Shown here piece after piece: positions 8,382-17,469 of a DNA stretch of 60,117 bases. Source of the DNA: Nannocystaceae bacterium (GTDB taxonomy: Bacteria; Myxococcota_A; Polyangia; Nannocystales; Nannocystaceae); contig JAGOHL010000017.1 in assembly GCA_017996215.1 (NCBI GenBank), forward strand, positions 1-60,117, in the 5' to 3' direction. A program made the translations under genes and the position numbers. The notes below the pieces were generated by a model. The model was given only the letters and a program-made list of their open reading frames with translations, was not told where the DNA came from and did no database searches. How positions within the stretch are numbered: the stretch's first letter is position 1; each line of letters begins with the position of its first letter.

Positions 8382-9758
8382 CTACCCGACCGGTGGCGGA
8401 GGCGGCGGCGGCTTGTCGTGGCACACGCTGATCTCGAGGATCATGTACAGCAAGATGAGCTCCTGCGGATTCAACCCGGGGTGGGCGACGCTGGAGTTCT
8501 CGAAGGTGCTGTACATCATGCGGCCGCAGCCCCACTGACCGCTGATCGCCATGGGGCGGATCTTCGTCGGGTCGCTGCAGCTCGTGCACGGGCCCTCGAC
8601 CCAGGTGTGGTGGCCGACGTCGACGTCCATGCCATCCTCGTCTTGCACGATGATCGGCGTGGTCGACTCGATGCCAGAGTAGTTGAGCTGCAGCTCGACG
8701 CTCGGCAGCGCGTTCAGTGTCGGGTTGCCGCCGCCGATGTCCTTCAAGCCAGGCGGCAGCGCCTGCAGCCACGCGAGCAGCTCGTCATCGACCACGCTGC
8801 CGTTCACGTCGTAGGCGGGCTGGATGTCCGGCATCCCCGGCGAGTGGAACTCTTGGTAGTCGGCGAACGGGGCCTCGATGTACTCGTTCGAGTGATCGGT
8901 GGCGTACCACTTGCCGCCGCCGGCCACGTAGTCGCGGATGTTCTGCGCGCGGAGGATCGGCACCGACGGCGCGCCCAGCCAGAACTTCGTCGCCGCGCAG
9001 GGCACGAAGATGATGTGGTACTGGCTCATGCCGATGAAGTCGTCCATGAACGCGCCCTGATCGGAATCCGAGATCAACGTGAACTGCTGCGTGCCGGGCA
9101 CGAGCTCGCCGTTGGCGGACACCTCGCCGAGCCCGAACTTCGCGAGCACGTTGAACACGCGATCGGGATCGGTCTCGTACACCGCGATCTTGGGGATCCA
9201 CATGCCCGCCGCGGGGTTCCATTCGCCGGGTAGGCTGCTCTGCTCGGCCGGCACCGGGTTGCCGCCCTCGACGACGTCGAAGTCGACGACGCGGAGGAAC
9301 TCGCCCTTCTGCACCACCAGCTGCTGGCCGGGGCCCGCGGTCGCCGGCAGCGAGAAGCTGCCGTCGGGCTCGGTGAGCACGAACGGCGTGTCGCACGAGA
9401 GCTCGACGCACGACGAGCAGTAGACCTTGTCGGGCACCGGCTCGACCTCGTCGTCGGTGAGGTAGACCAGCGCGCCGCTGATCGGGATCTGCATGTTGGG
9501 CGCGTAGACCGTGCCCGTGAGCGTCGCGTTGGACCCGGGCAAGGGCGGGCAATCGTTGCCGCCCTCCTCGCCACCGCCGGTCACACCCCCCTCGCCGATG
9601 TCGAAGCGCTCGCCGGTGTCCACCCCGATCGGGCCCGTGCTCGGGCTGCTCCCCGCGGTGTTGGCCGTGACGCTGACCTCGACGGGATCCTCGCGCACCG
9701 TGGTCCCACACGCCCCAAGCGACAGGGACACGACCGACAGCAGTGGCACGGCGCGCAT
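8382..9758 (-). CDS. Secreted lipoprotein with carboxypeptidase-regulatory-like N-domain, C-terminal poly-Pro tail; function unknown
   Basis: Internal ATG at 9758 gives MRAVPLLSVVSLSLGACGTT (signal plus lipobox). TGTVYAPNMQIPISGALVYL resembles a CarboxypepD_reg beta-sandwich. The ORF extension upstream of 9758 is junk-like. Confidence 0.7.
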   Translation of the reverse strand: MRAVPLLSVVSLSLGACGTTVREDPVEVSVTANTAGSSPSTGPIGVDTGERFDIGEGGVTGGGEEGGNDCPPLPGSNATLTGTVYAPNMQIPISGALVYLTDDEVEPVPDKVYCSSCVELSCDTPFVLTEPDGSFSLPATAGPGQQLVVQKGEFLRVVDFDVVEGGNPVPAEQSSLPGEWNPAAGMWIPKIAVYETDPDRVFNVLAKFGLGEVSANGELVPGTQQFTLISDSDQGAFMDDFIGMSQYHIIFVPCAATKFWLGAPSVPILRAQNIRDYVAGGGKWYATDHSNEYIEAPFADYQEFHSPGMPDIQPAYDVNGSVVDDELLAWLQALPPGLKDIGGGNPTLNALPSVELQLNYSGIESTTPIIVQDEDGMDVDVGHHTWVEGPCTSCSDPTKIRPMAISGQWGCGRMMYSTFENSSVAHPGLNPQELILLYMILEISVCHDKPPPPPPPVG

Positions 9759-9903
9759 GGTGCCGGCCACGTTACCCCAGGGCGCCCCGCGGTTCCTGAT
9801 CCGGCTAGGATTTCGTGTGGCGCTGGATGGGCTGAGGTGGTCAGGGACGCCGCGTCGGCGCGCAGGTTCGCGCGGCCGAGCGCGGCGGCCCACCCGCTGC
9901 GCG

Positions 9904-11208
9904 TCATAGACACGCGCAGAGGTTGATCGCGCCCGGCGACACACCGTAGGGACCCGCGTCGCAGTGGCTGATCGCGACCTTCGGGCCCCGCGAGTGCGCA
10001 CAGACCGAGGCCGGACACACGCCGAACGGAACATACACGCCACACGTGTCGAGCGGGAGCAGCTCGATGACGTCCTTCACCACGCCGGCGCCACCGATGA
10101 GTCCGCCGAGGCCACCGTCAGGGCGGGGCGCCTTCTTCGCTTCGGCAGCGATGGTGGTCGCGAGCATCTGCATCGGTTCGGTCGTGCCGCGGCCCACGAA
10201 CGCGTGGCTGCCGTCGTCGCCGCGAAACCACACGTCGCCGCAGACGGTCCGCATGTCGCCGCCGTCGAGTTCGTCGAGCAGCGATGCCGCGCCGAGGTTG
10301 AAGCGGTCGGCGGTCGTGAAGCTCGCGCCCGCGAAATCGATGGCAACGGTGAGGCCACCGGTGCTGTCGAGGGTTGCCGCTTCGTCGGCCGCGAGCCGTA
10401 CACCGATGCGGAACTCGGGCAGCTCCTGCAGCGGGAACGCAACGGAGTACAGGTTCTCCGCGGGGTCGAAGTCGCCGGGCGTCACGACGATCTCCACCGC
10501 CGTCGTGCCCTCCAGCACGTCGACGATCGATGGCGTCCGCTCCTCGATCGGCGATGCCGTCATCGTGCCGAGCGCACCAGGACGCAGGACCCAGCTCGCC
10601 TCACCCGCATCGGCATACGGCAGTGCCGACTCGTAGTTGCCCGCCGTGTAGGCAGCGACCAGGTCGCTGCTGTCGACATCGCCATCCCCATCGAAGTCGC
10701 CCTCGGCCCAGCCGACCTCGCCATCGACGTCGGGCGACTCGTAGTGCCCAGACTCGAACATCGCGACGAGATCGTCCGACCCGAAGCGACCATCGCAGTT
10801 CGCATCGCCCGGCTGCGGTCGCAGCAGCGTGATCTCTGCATCGACGGAGCCAGACACCGTCACGGTGTGGTAGCCCGGCGCGACGCCGGCGTCGGGCAGG
10901 ATGAGCGCGACGAAGCGCCCCGACCCGCTGGGCGCGAGCTCGAGCGGGAAGCCGTCGAGCGTCGCATCGAGCGCGAAGACGCCCGCCGTCTCCTCGACCG
11001 AGCCATCGAAGCCGACCGCCAGGATTGCGCCCTCCCCATGCGGGGTCCAGCAGTGCGGCGCGGCGAGGCGGCCGTCGAGCACGGCCGCCCAGGTCGCCGC
11101 AGGCGTCTGCGCCCGCGTGGGGTTCTCGAGCTCCAGGGCTGCGCGGGGACTCTCGTTGTCCGCGCAAGCAACGAGGACGAGCAAGGTCATGAGGTGATGT
11201 CGACACAT
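9904..11208 (-). CDS. Secreted lipoprotein with dockerin-like Ca-binding repeat pair and Cys-rich C-terminus
   Basis: ATG at 11208 (GGAAG 9 nt upstream) gives MCRHHLMTLLVLVACADNE. DANCDGRFGSDDLVAMF...GDFDGDGDVDSSDLVAAYTAG is a dockerin type I-like tandem. The C-terminus carries 8 Cys. Confidence 0.7.
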   Translation of the reverse strand: MCRHHLMTLLVLVACADNESPRAALELENPTRAQTPAATWAAVLDGRLAAPHCWTPHGEGAILAVGFDGSVEETAGVFALDATLDGFPLELAPSGSGRFVALILPDAGVAPGYHTVTVSGSVDAEITLLRPQPGDANCDGRFGSDDLVAMFESGHYESPDVDGEVGWAEGDFDGDGDVDSSDLVAAYTAGNYESALPYADAGEASWVLRPGALGTMTASPIEERTPSIVDVLEGTTAVEIVVTPGDFDPAENLYSVAFPLQELPEFRIGVRLAADEAATLDSTGGLTVAIDFAGASFTTADRFNLGAASLLDELDGGDMRTVCGDVWFRGDDGSHAFVGRGTTEPMQMLATTIAAEAKKAPRPDGGLGGLIGGAGVVKDVIELLPLDTCGVYVPFGVCPASVCAHSRGPKVAISHCDAGPYGVSPGAINLCACL

Positions 11209-11315
11209 GTTCATTTGCTTCCACCATCCGCGGCCGCCGGCCGCCATCGGGTTCGCAGATGGATTGCCGGTCGAGTCGAAACGGATGCATGATTTCGTGT
11301 GGTCGGGTGGGTGGC

Positions 11316-13865
11316 ATGACGGGTGGTGATGGCGACGACGCGGCGTTCGGCCGTGCGCTGGGAGACGTGCGGCAACTCGAGCTCGCGGACGAAGCGACCG
11401 TGCGCGCCGAGCTGTTCGCGCGGATGGGCATCGCTCCGATCGCCCCGCGCCTCGGAGGTCGCTACACACTCGGTCGTCGCCTCGGAAGCGGCGGTTCTGG
11501 GGCGGTCTACGCCGCGCGTGACGACAAGCTCGGTCGCGACGTCGCCATCAAGCTCGTGCGCGTCGGCGGCCTCGATGGCTTCGATGACTCGGCCTCCGAG
11601 GGTCGACTACGCCGCGAGGCGAGAGCCATCGCGCGTCTCGCCCATCCGAACATCGTCGCGGTGTTCGATCTCGGTCGCTACGACTTCGGCGAGCTCGGCT
11701 ACGAGCTCGCCGACGCTCCGGCGCGCGGCCTGTACCTCGTCATGGAGCTCGTCGACGGTGGTGACCTCGCCGGGTGGGCGGCCTCGGGGGCGAGCTTCGC
11801 CGCGCGCATCGAAGTCTTGATCGGCGTCGCCCGCGGTCTGCACGCAGCTCACGGCGCGGGCCTGGTCCACCGCGACGTCAAGCCGGCGAACGTCATCATC
11901 GCCCGCGACGGGACGCCGAAGCTCGCGGACTTCGGTCTCGCGCGCCCCCCGGCGGAGACGACCCGAGATGCCGGGTCAGCGGACGATGACGAGGCGCCGC
12001 GCGACGACGTGACGGCACACGGCACGGTCGTCGGAACGCTGCCGTACATGGCGCCCGAGCAGTTCGGCGGCAGCTCGAGCGCCGCAAGCGATCAGTACGC
12101 GTTCTGCGTCACGGCGGTGGAAATCCTGCTGGGTGAACGGCCGTTCGTCGGTGACGCGAGCGAACAACTCGCGGCGAAGCGCGCTGGCCGAGCCCCCGCG
12201 CTCGAGCGACTGCCGCCGCGACTGCGCGCTGCGCTGCAACGCGGCCTGTGCACGGATCCCGCGGATCGATTTGGGTCGATGCTCGAGCTGAGCGAAGCGC
12301 TCGCCCCGGCGCCACAACGGCGCTTCGCACTCGTCGGCGCCGCGGCGCTCCTCGGCATCGCACTCGCAGGGTGGATCGCCACCCCCGACGACGCCTGTGC
12401 ACCGCTCGCGCGGGCCGCCAGTGCGGTCGAGCGCATGCCGTCGGCGGCCGCACTCGCCGCGACACTCGAAGACGAGGCATCGCGCCTTCGCGCCACACAT
12501 GCGGCCTGCCTCACCCTCGACGACCCGGACACGCGCGCGTGCATGGGCCAGCGTGGTCGTCAGCACGAGCGCCTGCTCGCGAGTCTCGGCGACATCGATG
12601 CCCCTGCGATGCTCCGAGCGTTCCACGCGCTACCCCCCGCCGACGAGTGTGTCGCGCTGCGTGCGGTCGCGTCGGCACCGCCCGAAGCGCTCCGCGACGG
12701 TGTCGATGCCGTGCACGAGTTCGTCGTCACCGCACGAGCACTCGCCGACGCAGGCGAGCTCGAATCTGCAGCGGTCCAGGCGGGTCACGCCATCGCGACC
12801 GCACGGCGCCTCGACTGGCCGCCGGCGCTCGTCGAGGCCAGCATCGTGCACGCGCACGTCGAGTTCGGCCTCGGCCGGGTCGACGCCGCAGAGATCGAGC
12901 TCGTCGACGCCTACTGGTCGGCGGTCGAGCTCGGCAATCTGCCGGAGACCGAGCGCGCGGCTGAGCATCTCGCCCACCTGCACGGCCGTCCTGGAGGCGA
13001 CCGCGGCGAGGCGGAGCGCTGGGAGAAGCGCGCGAATGCCTCGCTCGACGGCATGGGCCGACCACCGTTCGTCGAGGCTCGCCTCGCCGCGATCCGCGGT
13101 GCGAACCGCAACGCGTGGCACGACGAGCCGGCAGCCATCGTCGAGTTCCGCCACGCGCTCGCACTGCTCGAAGCGCAGGGTCTCGACTACCGTCGACAGA
13201 TCGCGACCCTGTCGAGCAACCTCGGCGAGATGCTCACACGGACTGGCCAGCACGCCGAGGCGGAGCGCATGCTGCTGCGTGCGATCGAGCTCGGCGACCC
13301 GGAGGGCATCGCATCGGTTCCCGCCCTGATGCACCTCTCGACCCTGCGACGATCGCAACAACGCCTCGACGAGGCCGACGCGCTGATCCGCGACGCGATT
13401 GCGCGGCTCGACACGGCGGCACCTGCCGGCCATCCATGGCGCGGGCAGATCTTCAACAACCTCGGGGTCATCGCAACACTGCGGCCGGACTTTGCGTCCG
13501 CGGCCGACGCGTTCGCGACCGCGGTGCGATCGCACGAGCAGCTCGGCCTGCGCGACGCAGCGTGGGCGGGGTACCACAAGAACTGGGCCACCGCGGCGGC
13601 GCGCATGCACGAGTGGAGCACGGCGATCGAGCACTTCGAGATTGCGCTCGCGGTGCTCACGAGCGCCGACCCTCGCCGCGACCAAGCGCTCGTCGGCCTC
13701 GCCGAAGCCAACCTCGAACTCGGTGACGTCTCGGCCGCCGCGACCCGCCTGCGCGAGGTCGACCCGTCCCTGCTGGCCCGCGATGCGAGCATGGTGGCCG
13801 AAGTCGACGCGCTGCGCGCTCGCATCACCGCCGCCGAGGCCGAGCGGATAGGATCCCCCGAGTGA
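11316..13865 (+). CDS. Ser/Thr protein kinase (Hanks-type) with long C-terminal TPR/helical repeat domain
   Basis: Gly loop LGSGGSGAVYAA, VAIK, HRDVKPANVII, DFGLA, APE motif. ~590-aa C-terminal helical region. Start at ATG 11316 with GGTGG upstream. Confidence 0.9.
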   Translation: MTGGDGDDAAFGRALGDVRQLELADEATVRAELFARMGIAPIAPRLGGRYTLGRRLGSGGSGAVYAARDDKLGRDVAIKLVRVGGLDGFDDSASEGRLRREARAIARLAHPNIVAVFDLGRYDFGELGYELADAPARGLYLVMELVDGGDLAGWAASGASFAARIEVLIGVARGLHAAHGAGLVHRDVKPANVIIARDGTPKLADFGLARPPAETTRDAGSADDDEAPRDDVTAHGTVVGTLPYMAPEQFGGSSSAASDQYAFCVTAVEILLGERPFVGDASEQLAAKRAGRAPALERLPPRLRAALQRGLCTDPADRFGSMLELSEALAPAPQRRFALVGAAALLGIALAGWIATPDDACAPLARAASAVERMPSAAALAATLEDEASRLRATHAACLTLDDPDTRACMGQRGRQHERLLASLGDIDAPAMLRAFHALPPADECVALRAVASAPPEALRDGVDAVHEFVVTARALADAGELESAAVQAGHAIATARRLDWPPALVEASIVHAHVEFGLGRVDAAEIELVDAYWSAVELGNLPETERAAEHLAHLHGRPGGDRGEAERWEKRANASLDGMGRPPFVEARLAAIRGANRNAWHDEPAAIVEFRHALALLEAQGLDYRRQIATLSSNLGEMLTRTGQHAEAERMLLRAIELGDPEGIASVPALMHLSTLRRSQQRLDEADALIRDAIARLDTAAPAGHPWRGQIFNNLGVIATLRPDFASAADAFATAVRSHEQLGLRDAAWAGYHKNWATAAARMHEWSTAIEHFEIALAVLTSADPRRDQALVGLAEANLELGDVSAAATRLREVDPSLLARDASMVAEVDALRARITAAEAERIGSPE

Positions 13866-14473
13866 CGGAGATCGGTGACGAAGCGCTGCTCGCGGCATGG
13901 CAGGCCGGCGACAAGGCTGCCGGCGACGTGCTCGTGCGACGCTACTTCTCGCTGCTGTTCCGATTCCTCAAGCCGCGTGTCGCCGAGCACACGGCCGACC
14001 TCGCGCAGCGCACGTTTCTCGCCATCTCGCAGTCACACGAGCGGATCCCTGCGGGCGTCAGCTTTCGCGCCTGGCTCCTGGGGGTCGCGCGCAACCAACT
14101 GCTCGCGTTCGGGCGCGCGAGCGCAAGGCGCTCTCTCGTGGTCGGCGGCGCGCCGATCTCGGGGGTCGCAGGCGACGCGACGCCCAGCGAAGTCGTCGCG
14201 CACCGCGAGGAGCAGCGCGTCTTGCTTCGCGGACTGCGAACCCTCCCGATCGAGATGCAGCTCGTGATCGAGCTCTTCTACTGGGAGAACATGTCGCGGG
14301 AGGAGATCGCGGCGGTGCTCGGCGTCGAGACCAATACCGTCAAGTCGCGACTGCAGCGCGCCAAGGATCGCCTGCGCGAGCTGCTCCCGCGGCTCGATCC
14401 CGTGACCGGCAGCGTGACGGCGGCCGATCTGGAGCGCTGGGCGCAGTCACTGCGTCCGCCGGATTCGGCCTGA
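13862..14473 (+). CDS. ECF-family RNA polymerase sigma-70 factor
   Basis: GTG start overlaps the kinase stop (GTGA). Region 2 (RAWLLGVARNQLL) and region 4.2 (YWENMSREEIAAVLGVETNTVKSRLQRAKDRLRE) are present. Confidence 0.88.
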   Translation: MTEIGDEALLAAWQAGDKAAGDVLVRRYFSLLFRFLKPRVAEHTADLAQRTFLAISQSHERIPAGVSFRAWLLGVARNQLLAFGRASARRSLVVGGAPISGVAGDATPSEVVAHREEQRVLLRGLRTLPIEMQLVIELFYWENMSREEIAAVLGVETNTVKSRLQRAKDRLRELLPRLDPVTGSVTAADLERWAQSLRPPDSA

Positions 14474-14638
14474 CGCGAGTCCGTCGACGCCGCGAACCAC
14501 TGCGCCCCCGTTGCGAGTGTTCTCCTCCGGCCGCACCCGACGGTCGGGACACCGGTCGAACGATCGTCCGCTGCGCGCTACCGATCGATCACGCGACCTC
14601 GGGTTGCATGCCCCGCGTCGTCCGGCACCCTGTCCGCG

Positions 14639-16156
14639 TTGTCGAACGAGACCACCGCGGTGCGCAGCCTCGTTCCCGCGCGGATGGACCGCCTGCCGTG
14701 GAGCGGGTTCCACTGGCGGGTCGTCATCGCGCTCGGCATCACATGGGTGCTCGACGGCGTCGAGATCGGTCTCGCGAGCGCGATCGGTGACACGCTGCGC
14801 GACGAGCAGACGCTTGGCCTCGACGCCCAGACCATCGGCTTCAGCGCGGGGTTGTACCTCGCGGGTGAGGTCACCGGCGCACTGTACTTTGGTCGCAAGG
14901 CCGACGAGCTCGGCCGCCGGCGATTGTTCATCGTCACGCTCGCGCTCTACCTGCTCGCGAACGCACTGACGGCGCTGTCGTGGACGACGTGGTTCTTCGT
15001 CGCGACGCGCTTCTTCGCGGGCATGGGAATCGGCGGCGAGTATGCGGCGATCCACAGTGCGATCGACGAGCTCACGCCCGCGAAGTACCGAGGCCGGGTC
15101 GACATCGCGATCGCCGGCACGTACTGGGGCGGCGCACTCCTGGCCGCGACGGCGCAGCTGCTGCTGCTCGATCCCGAGCTCATTCCGATCGACCTCGGCT
15201 GGCGCCTCGCGTTGCTGCTCGGTCCCGTGATCGGCCTCGCGATCTGGCCGCTGCGCAGGTTCATCCCCGAGAGCCCGCGCTGGCAGCTCACACACGGCTA
15301 CGAACAGGAGGCCGAGGCCACCGTCGCGCGCATCGAGGCCGGCCTGCGCGACGCGGGCGTGCAGCTCGACGACGTCGATCCCGCGCACGCCATCGTGCTG
15401 CAGCGCCACGACCTCGGCCTCGTCGAGGTGGGCAGGATACTCGTGACGAAGTACCTGCGACGGTTGTGGCTCGCCGCGACGCTGATGATCACGCAGTCGT
15501 TCCTCTACAACGCGATCTTCTTCACCTACGTGCTGATCCTGCGCGACTTCTACGACGTGCCGAGCGCATCCGTCGGCTGGTACATCTTCGCGTTCGCCGG
15601 CGGGAATCTGCTGGGCCCGTTCGTGCTCGGGCCAGCGTTCGACACCATCGGGCGACGCAAGATGATCGCGGCGACCTACTGCACGTCCGCGCTCTTGCTC
15701 GCGATCACGGCGTGGCTGTTCGGCCGAGGCATGCTCACGGCGCAATCCCAGACGGTGCTGTGGTGCGTGATCTTCTTCATCGCATCGGCCGCGGCATCGT
15801 CGGCCTATCTCACCGTGAGCGAGATCTTCCCCGTCGAGATCCGCGCGCAGTCGATCGCACTCGTGTTCGCCGTCGCGCAGGGGGTCGGCGCCACGGCACC
15901 GGCGATCTTCGGGGCAATCATCGAGGCGGCAAAGGACCCCGCGACCGGTGCGGTCGTCTCACGTCTGCCGCTGGCGCTGGCGTACCTCGGCAGCGCGGCG
16001 ATCATGGCCGGTGGTGGCGTGGTGGCGTGGCTGTTCGGCGTCGATGCCGAGCAGCGATCGCTCGAAGACATCGCGCCGCCGATCACCTCGGTCGCGGTGT
16101 CGCATGCGACAGCCGCCGATGCGCCGGCCGGTCCGCCTCCGCCCGGCACCGTCTGA
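14639..16156 (+). CDS. MFS transporter
   Basis: 12 predicted TM segments. MFS signature around GRKADELGRRRLF (G-x-x-x-D-R/K-x-G-R-R). TTG at 14639 or ATG at 14684 (MDRLPWSG...). Confidence 0.88.
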   Translation: MSNETTAVRSLVPARMDRLPWSGFHWRVVIALGITWVLDGVEIGLASAIGDTLRDEQTLGLDAQTIGFSAGLYLAGEVTGALYFGRKADELGRRRLFIVTLALYLLANALTALSWTTWFFVATRFFAGMGIGGEYAAIHSAIDELTPAKYRGRVDIAIAGTYWGGALLAATAQLLLLDPELIPIDLGWRLALLLGPVIGLAIWPLRRFIPESPRWQLTHGYEQEAEATVARIEAGLRDAGVQLDDVDPAHAIVLQRHDLGLVEVGRILVTKYLRRLWLAATLMITQSFLYNAIFFTYVLILRDFYDVPSASVGWYIFAFAGGNLLGPFVLGPAFDTIGRRKMIAATYCTSALLLAITAWLFGRGMLTAQSQTVLWCVIFFIASAAASSAYLTVSEIFPVEIRAQSIALVFAVAQGVGATAPAIFGAIIEAAKDPATGAVVSRLPLALAYLGSAAIMAGGGVVAWLFGVDAEQRSLEDIAPPITSVAVSHATAADAPAGPPPPGTV

Positions 16157-16185
16157 TCGCCCGCATCCGGGGTGGCGCGATGCCC

Positions 16186-17172
16186 TCAGCGTGGGCGATC
16201 GTGTCGATGCACCCGGTGCGGCCGATGCCGCCCCGGCGGCTGCGCGCTCGCTTCGGCGACCGCGTCCTCGGCGAGGAAGCGTTCGGCCACGTCGACGTGC
16301 TCGTCGAAGTACTGCTTCTCCTGCGGAGAGCAGAACGCGAAGGTCTTGCCTGCCAGCGTCGAGGTCAACGTGGGATCGGCGTCCATCCAGCACAGCGGGC
16401 ACTTCGGTGCGGCCGAGCCGGCATCGGGCATGCGAGCGTACTCGCCGTTCGACGCAGCGTCGTGCCACCCCGGCCCTTGGTACTCCATGCCATCGGCGAT
16501 CGAACGAGCGCTGGACTCTCCGAGATATCTTGCGACCACGCGGAGTGCGAGGTCGATCCCCGACGAGATTCCGCCGGACGATGCGAGGTTGCCCGACTCG
16601 GTGAAGCGCGCCCCCCGAAGCACGGAGACCGCTGGAAAGTCGCCTGCCAGGCGAAAGTAGCCCCCGTGATGCGCCGTCGTCGCCTTGCCGTCGAGCAGTC
16701 CCGCGCGGGCGAGCACGAAGGCACCGTTGCACACCGACATCGTGACGTCGGTCTCGGGTGAGACGGTGCGGAGCCACTCCAGCATGTCGGGCGTCTCGCC
16801 GGTCAACGCGGGGATCACGACGACCTTGGGTGGCGGCGCGTCGGCGAAGGTGTAGTCGGGGATCACCTGCATGCCGCCGAACACACGCACCGGATCGCGC
16901 GTCTGCGCGACGAAGTACGGCTCGAAGAGCGGATGTCCATCCTCCGTCCACGCCGCCGCGAAGACCTCGAGTGGCCCCGTGAAGTCGAGCACTTCGGCGT
17001 CGGGCCCGAGCACGATCGCCAGCGGCAACTCGCCGCCGGGCGGGACCGGCAGCGGCGAGGGGACCTGCGTGGCCGCTCGCGCGACCGGCTCGGCCGCCGC
17101 GTCGAGCGGTGCGTGGCGATCCGATGGGCCGCGCGCGCACGCGACGACAGCAAGTGTGAGCGCGAGCCTCAT
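16186..17172 (-). CDS. DJ-1/PfpI family (class I glutamine amidotransferase-like) lipoprotein with C-terminal YHS domain
   Basis: Internal ATG 17172 gives MRLALTLAVVACARG. DJ-1/PfpI core around the nucleophile-elbow Cys (TMSVCNGAFVLARAGLLDG). C-terminal KCPLCWMDADPTL...KTFAFCSPQEKQYFDEH is a YHS/TRASH-type metal-binding module. The upstream ~2.9 kb of the ORF is antisense junk. Confidence 0.82.
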   Translation of the reverse strand: MRLALTLAVVACARGPSDRHAPLDAAAEPVARAATQVPSPLPVPPGGELPLAIVLGPDAEVLDFTGPLEVFAAAWTEDGHPLFEPYFVAQTRDPVRVFGGMQVIPDYTFADAPPPKVVVIPALTGETPDMLEWLRTVSPETDVTMSVCNGAFVLARAGLLDGKATTAHHGGYFRLAGDFPAVSVLRGARFTESGNLASSGGISSGIDLALRVVARYLGESSARSIADGMEYQGPGWHDAASNGEYARMPDAGSAAPKCPLCWMDADPTLTSTLAGKTFAFCSPQEKQYFDEHVDVAERFLAEDAVAEASAQPPGRHRPHRVHRHDRPR

Positions 17173-17469
17173 TCGCCCACGCCAGACGTCGATCACGGCG
17201 CCACCGTGAGTGTCACGTCTCGCAGCTGTGGGTCGGCTGCAATGTCGACCTCGCGGAAGGGGAAGTCGAACCACTCGCCCAGCGTCGAACAGAGCTTCGG
17301 TACGCACACGAGTCGTCTCACGCGATCGACATAACAGGGTCCGAACTCGACGAGGTGTGGTGAAACTTCGCAGCGTCACTTCGCGGCGGCCCGCAAGCAG
17401 CCCCCGCGCGAAAGCACCGCAGGTGCAGCCGCTCGACGCCCCAACGACGCCGCGGGTAGTGTCTGCGCG

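Noticed and set aside
14447-15745. 432-aa minus-strand ORF antisense to the MFS transporter
   Set aside because: Arg/Glu/Asp/Gly-rich low-information translation. The plus frame has 12 clear TM helices.
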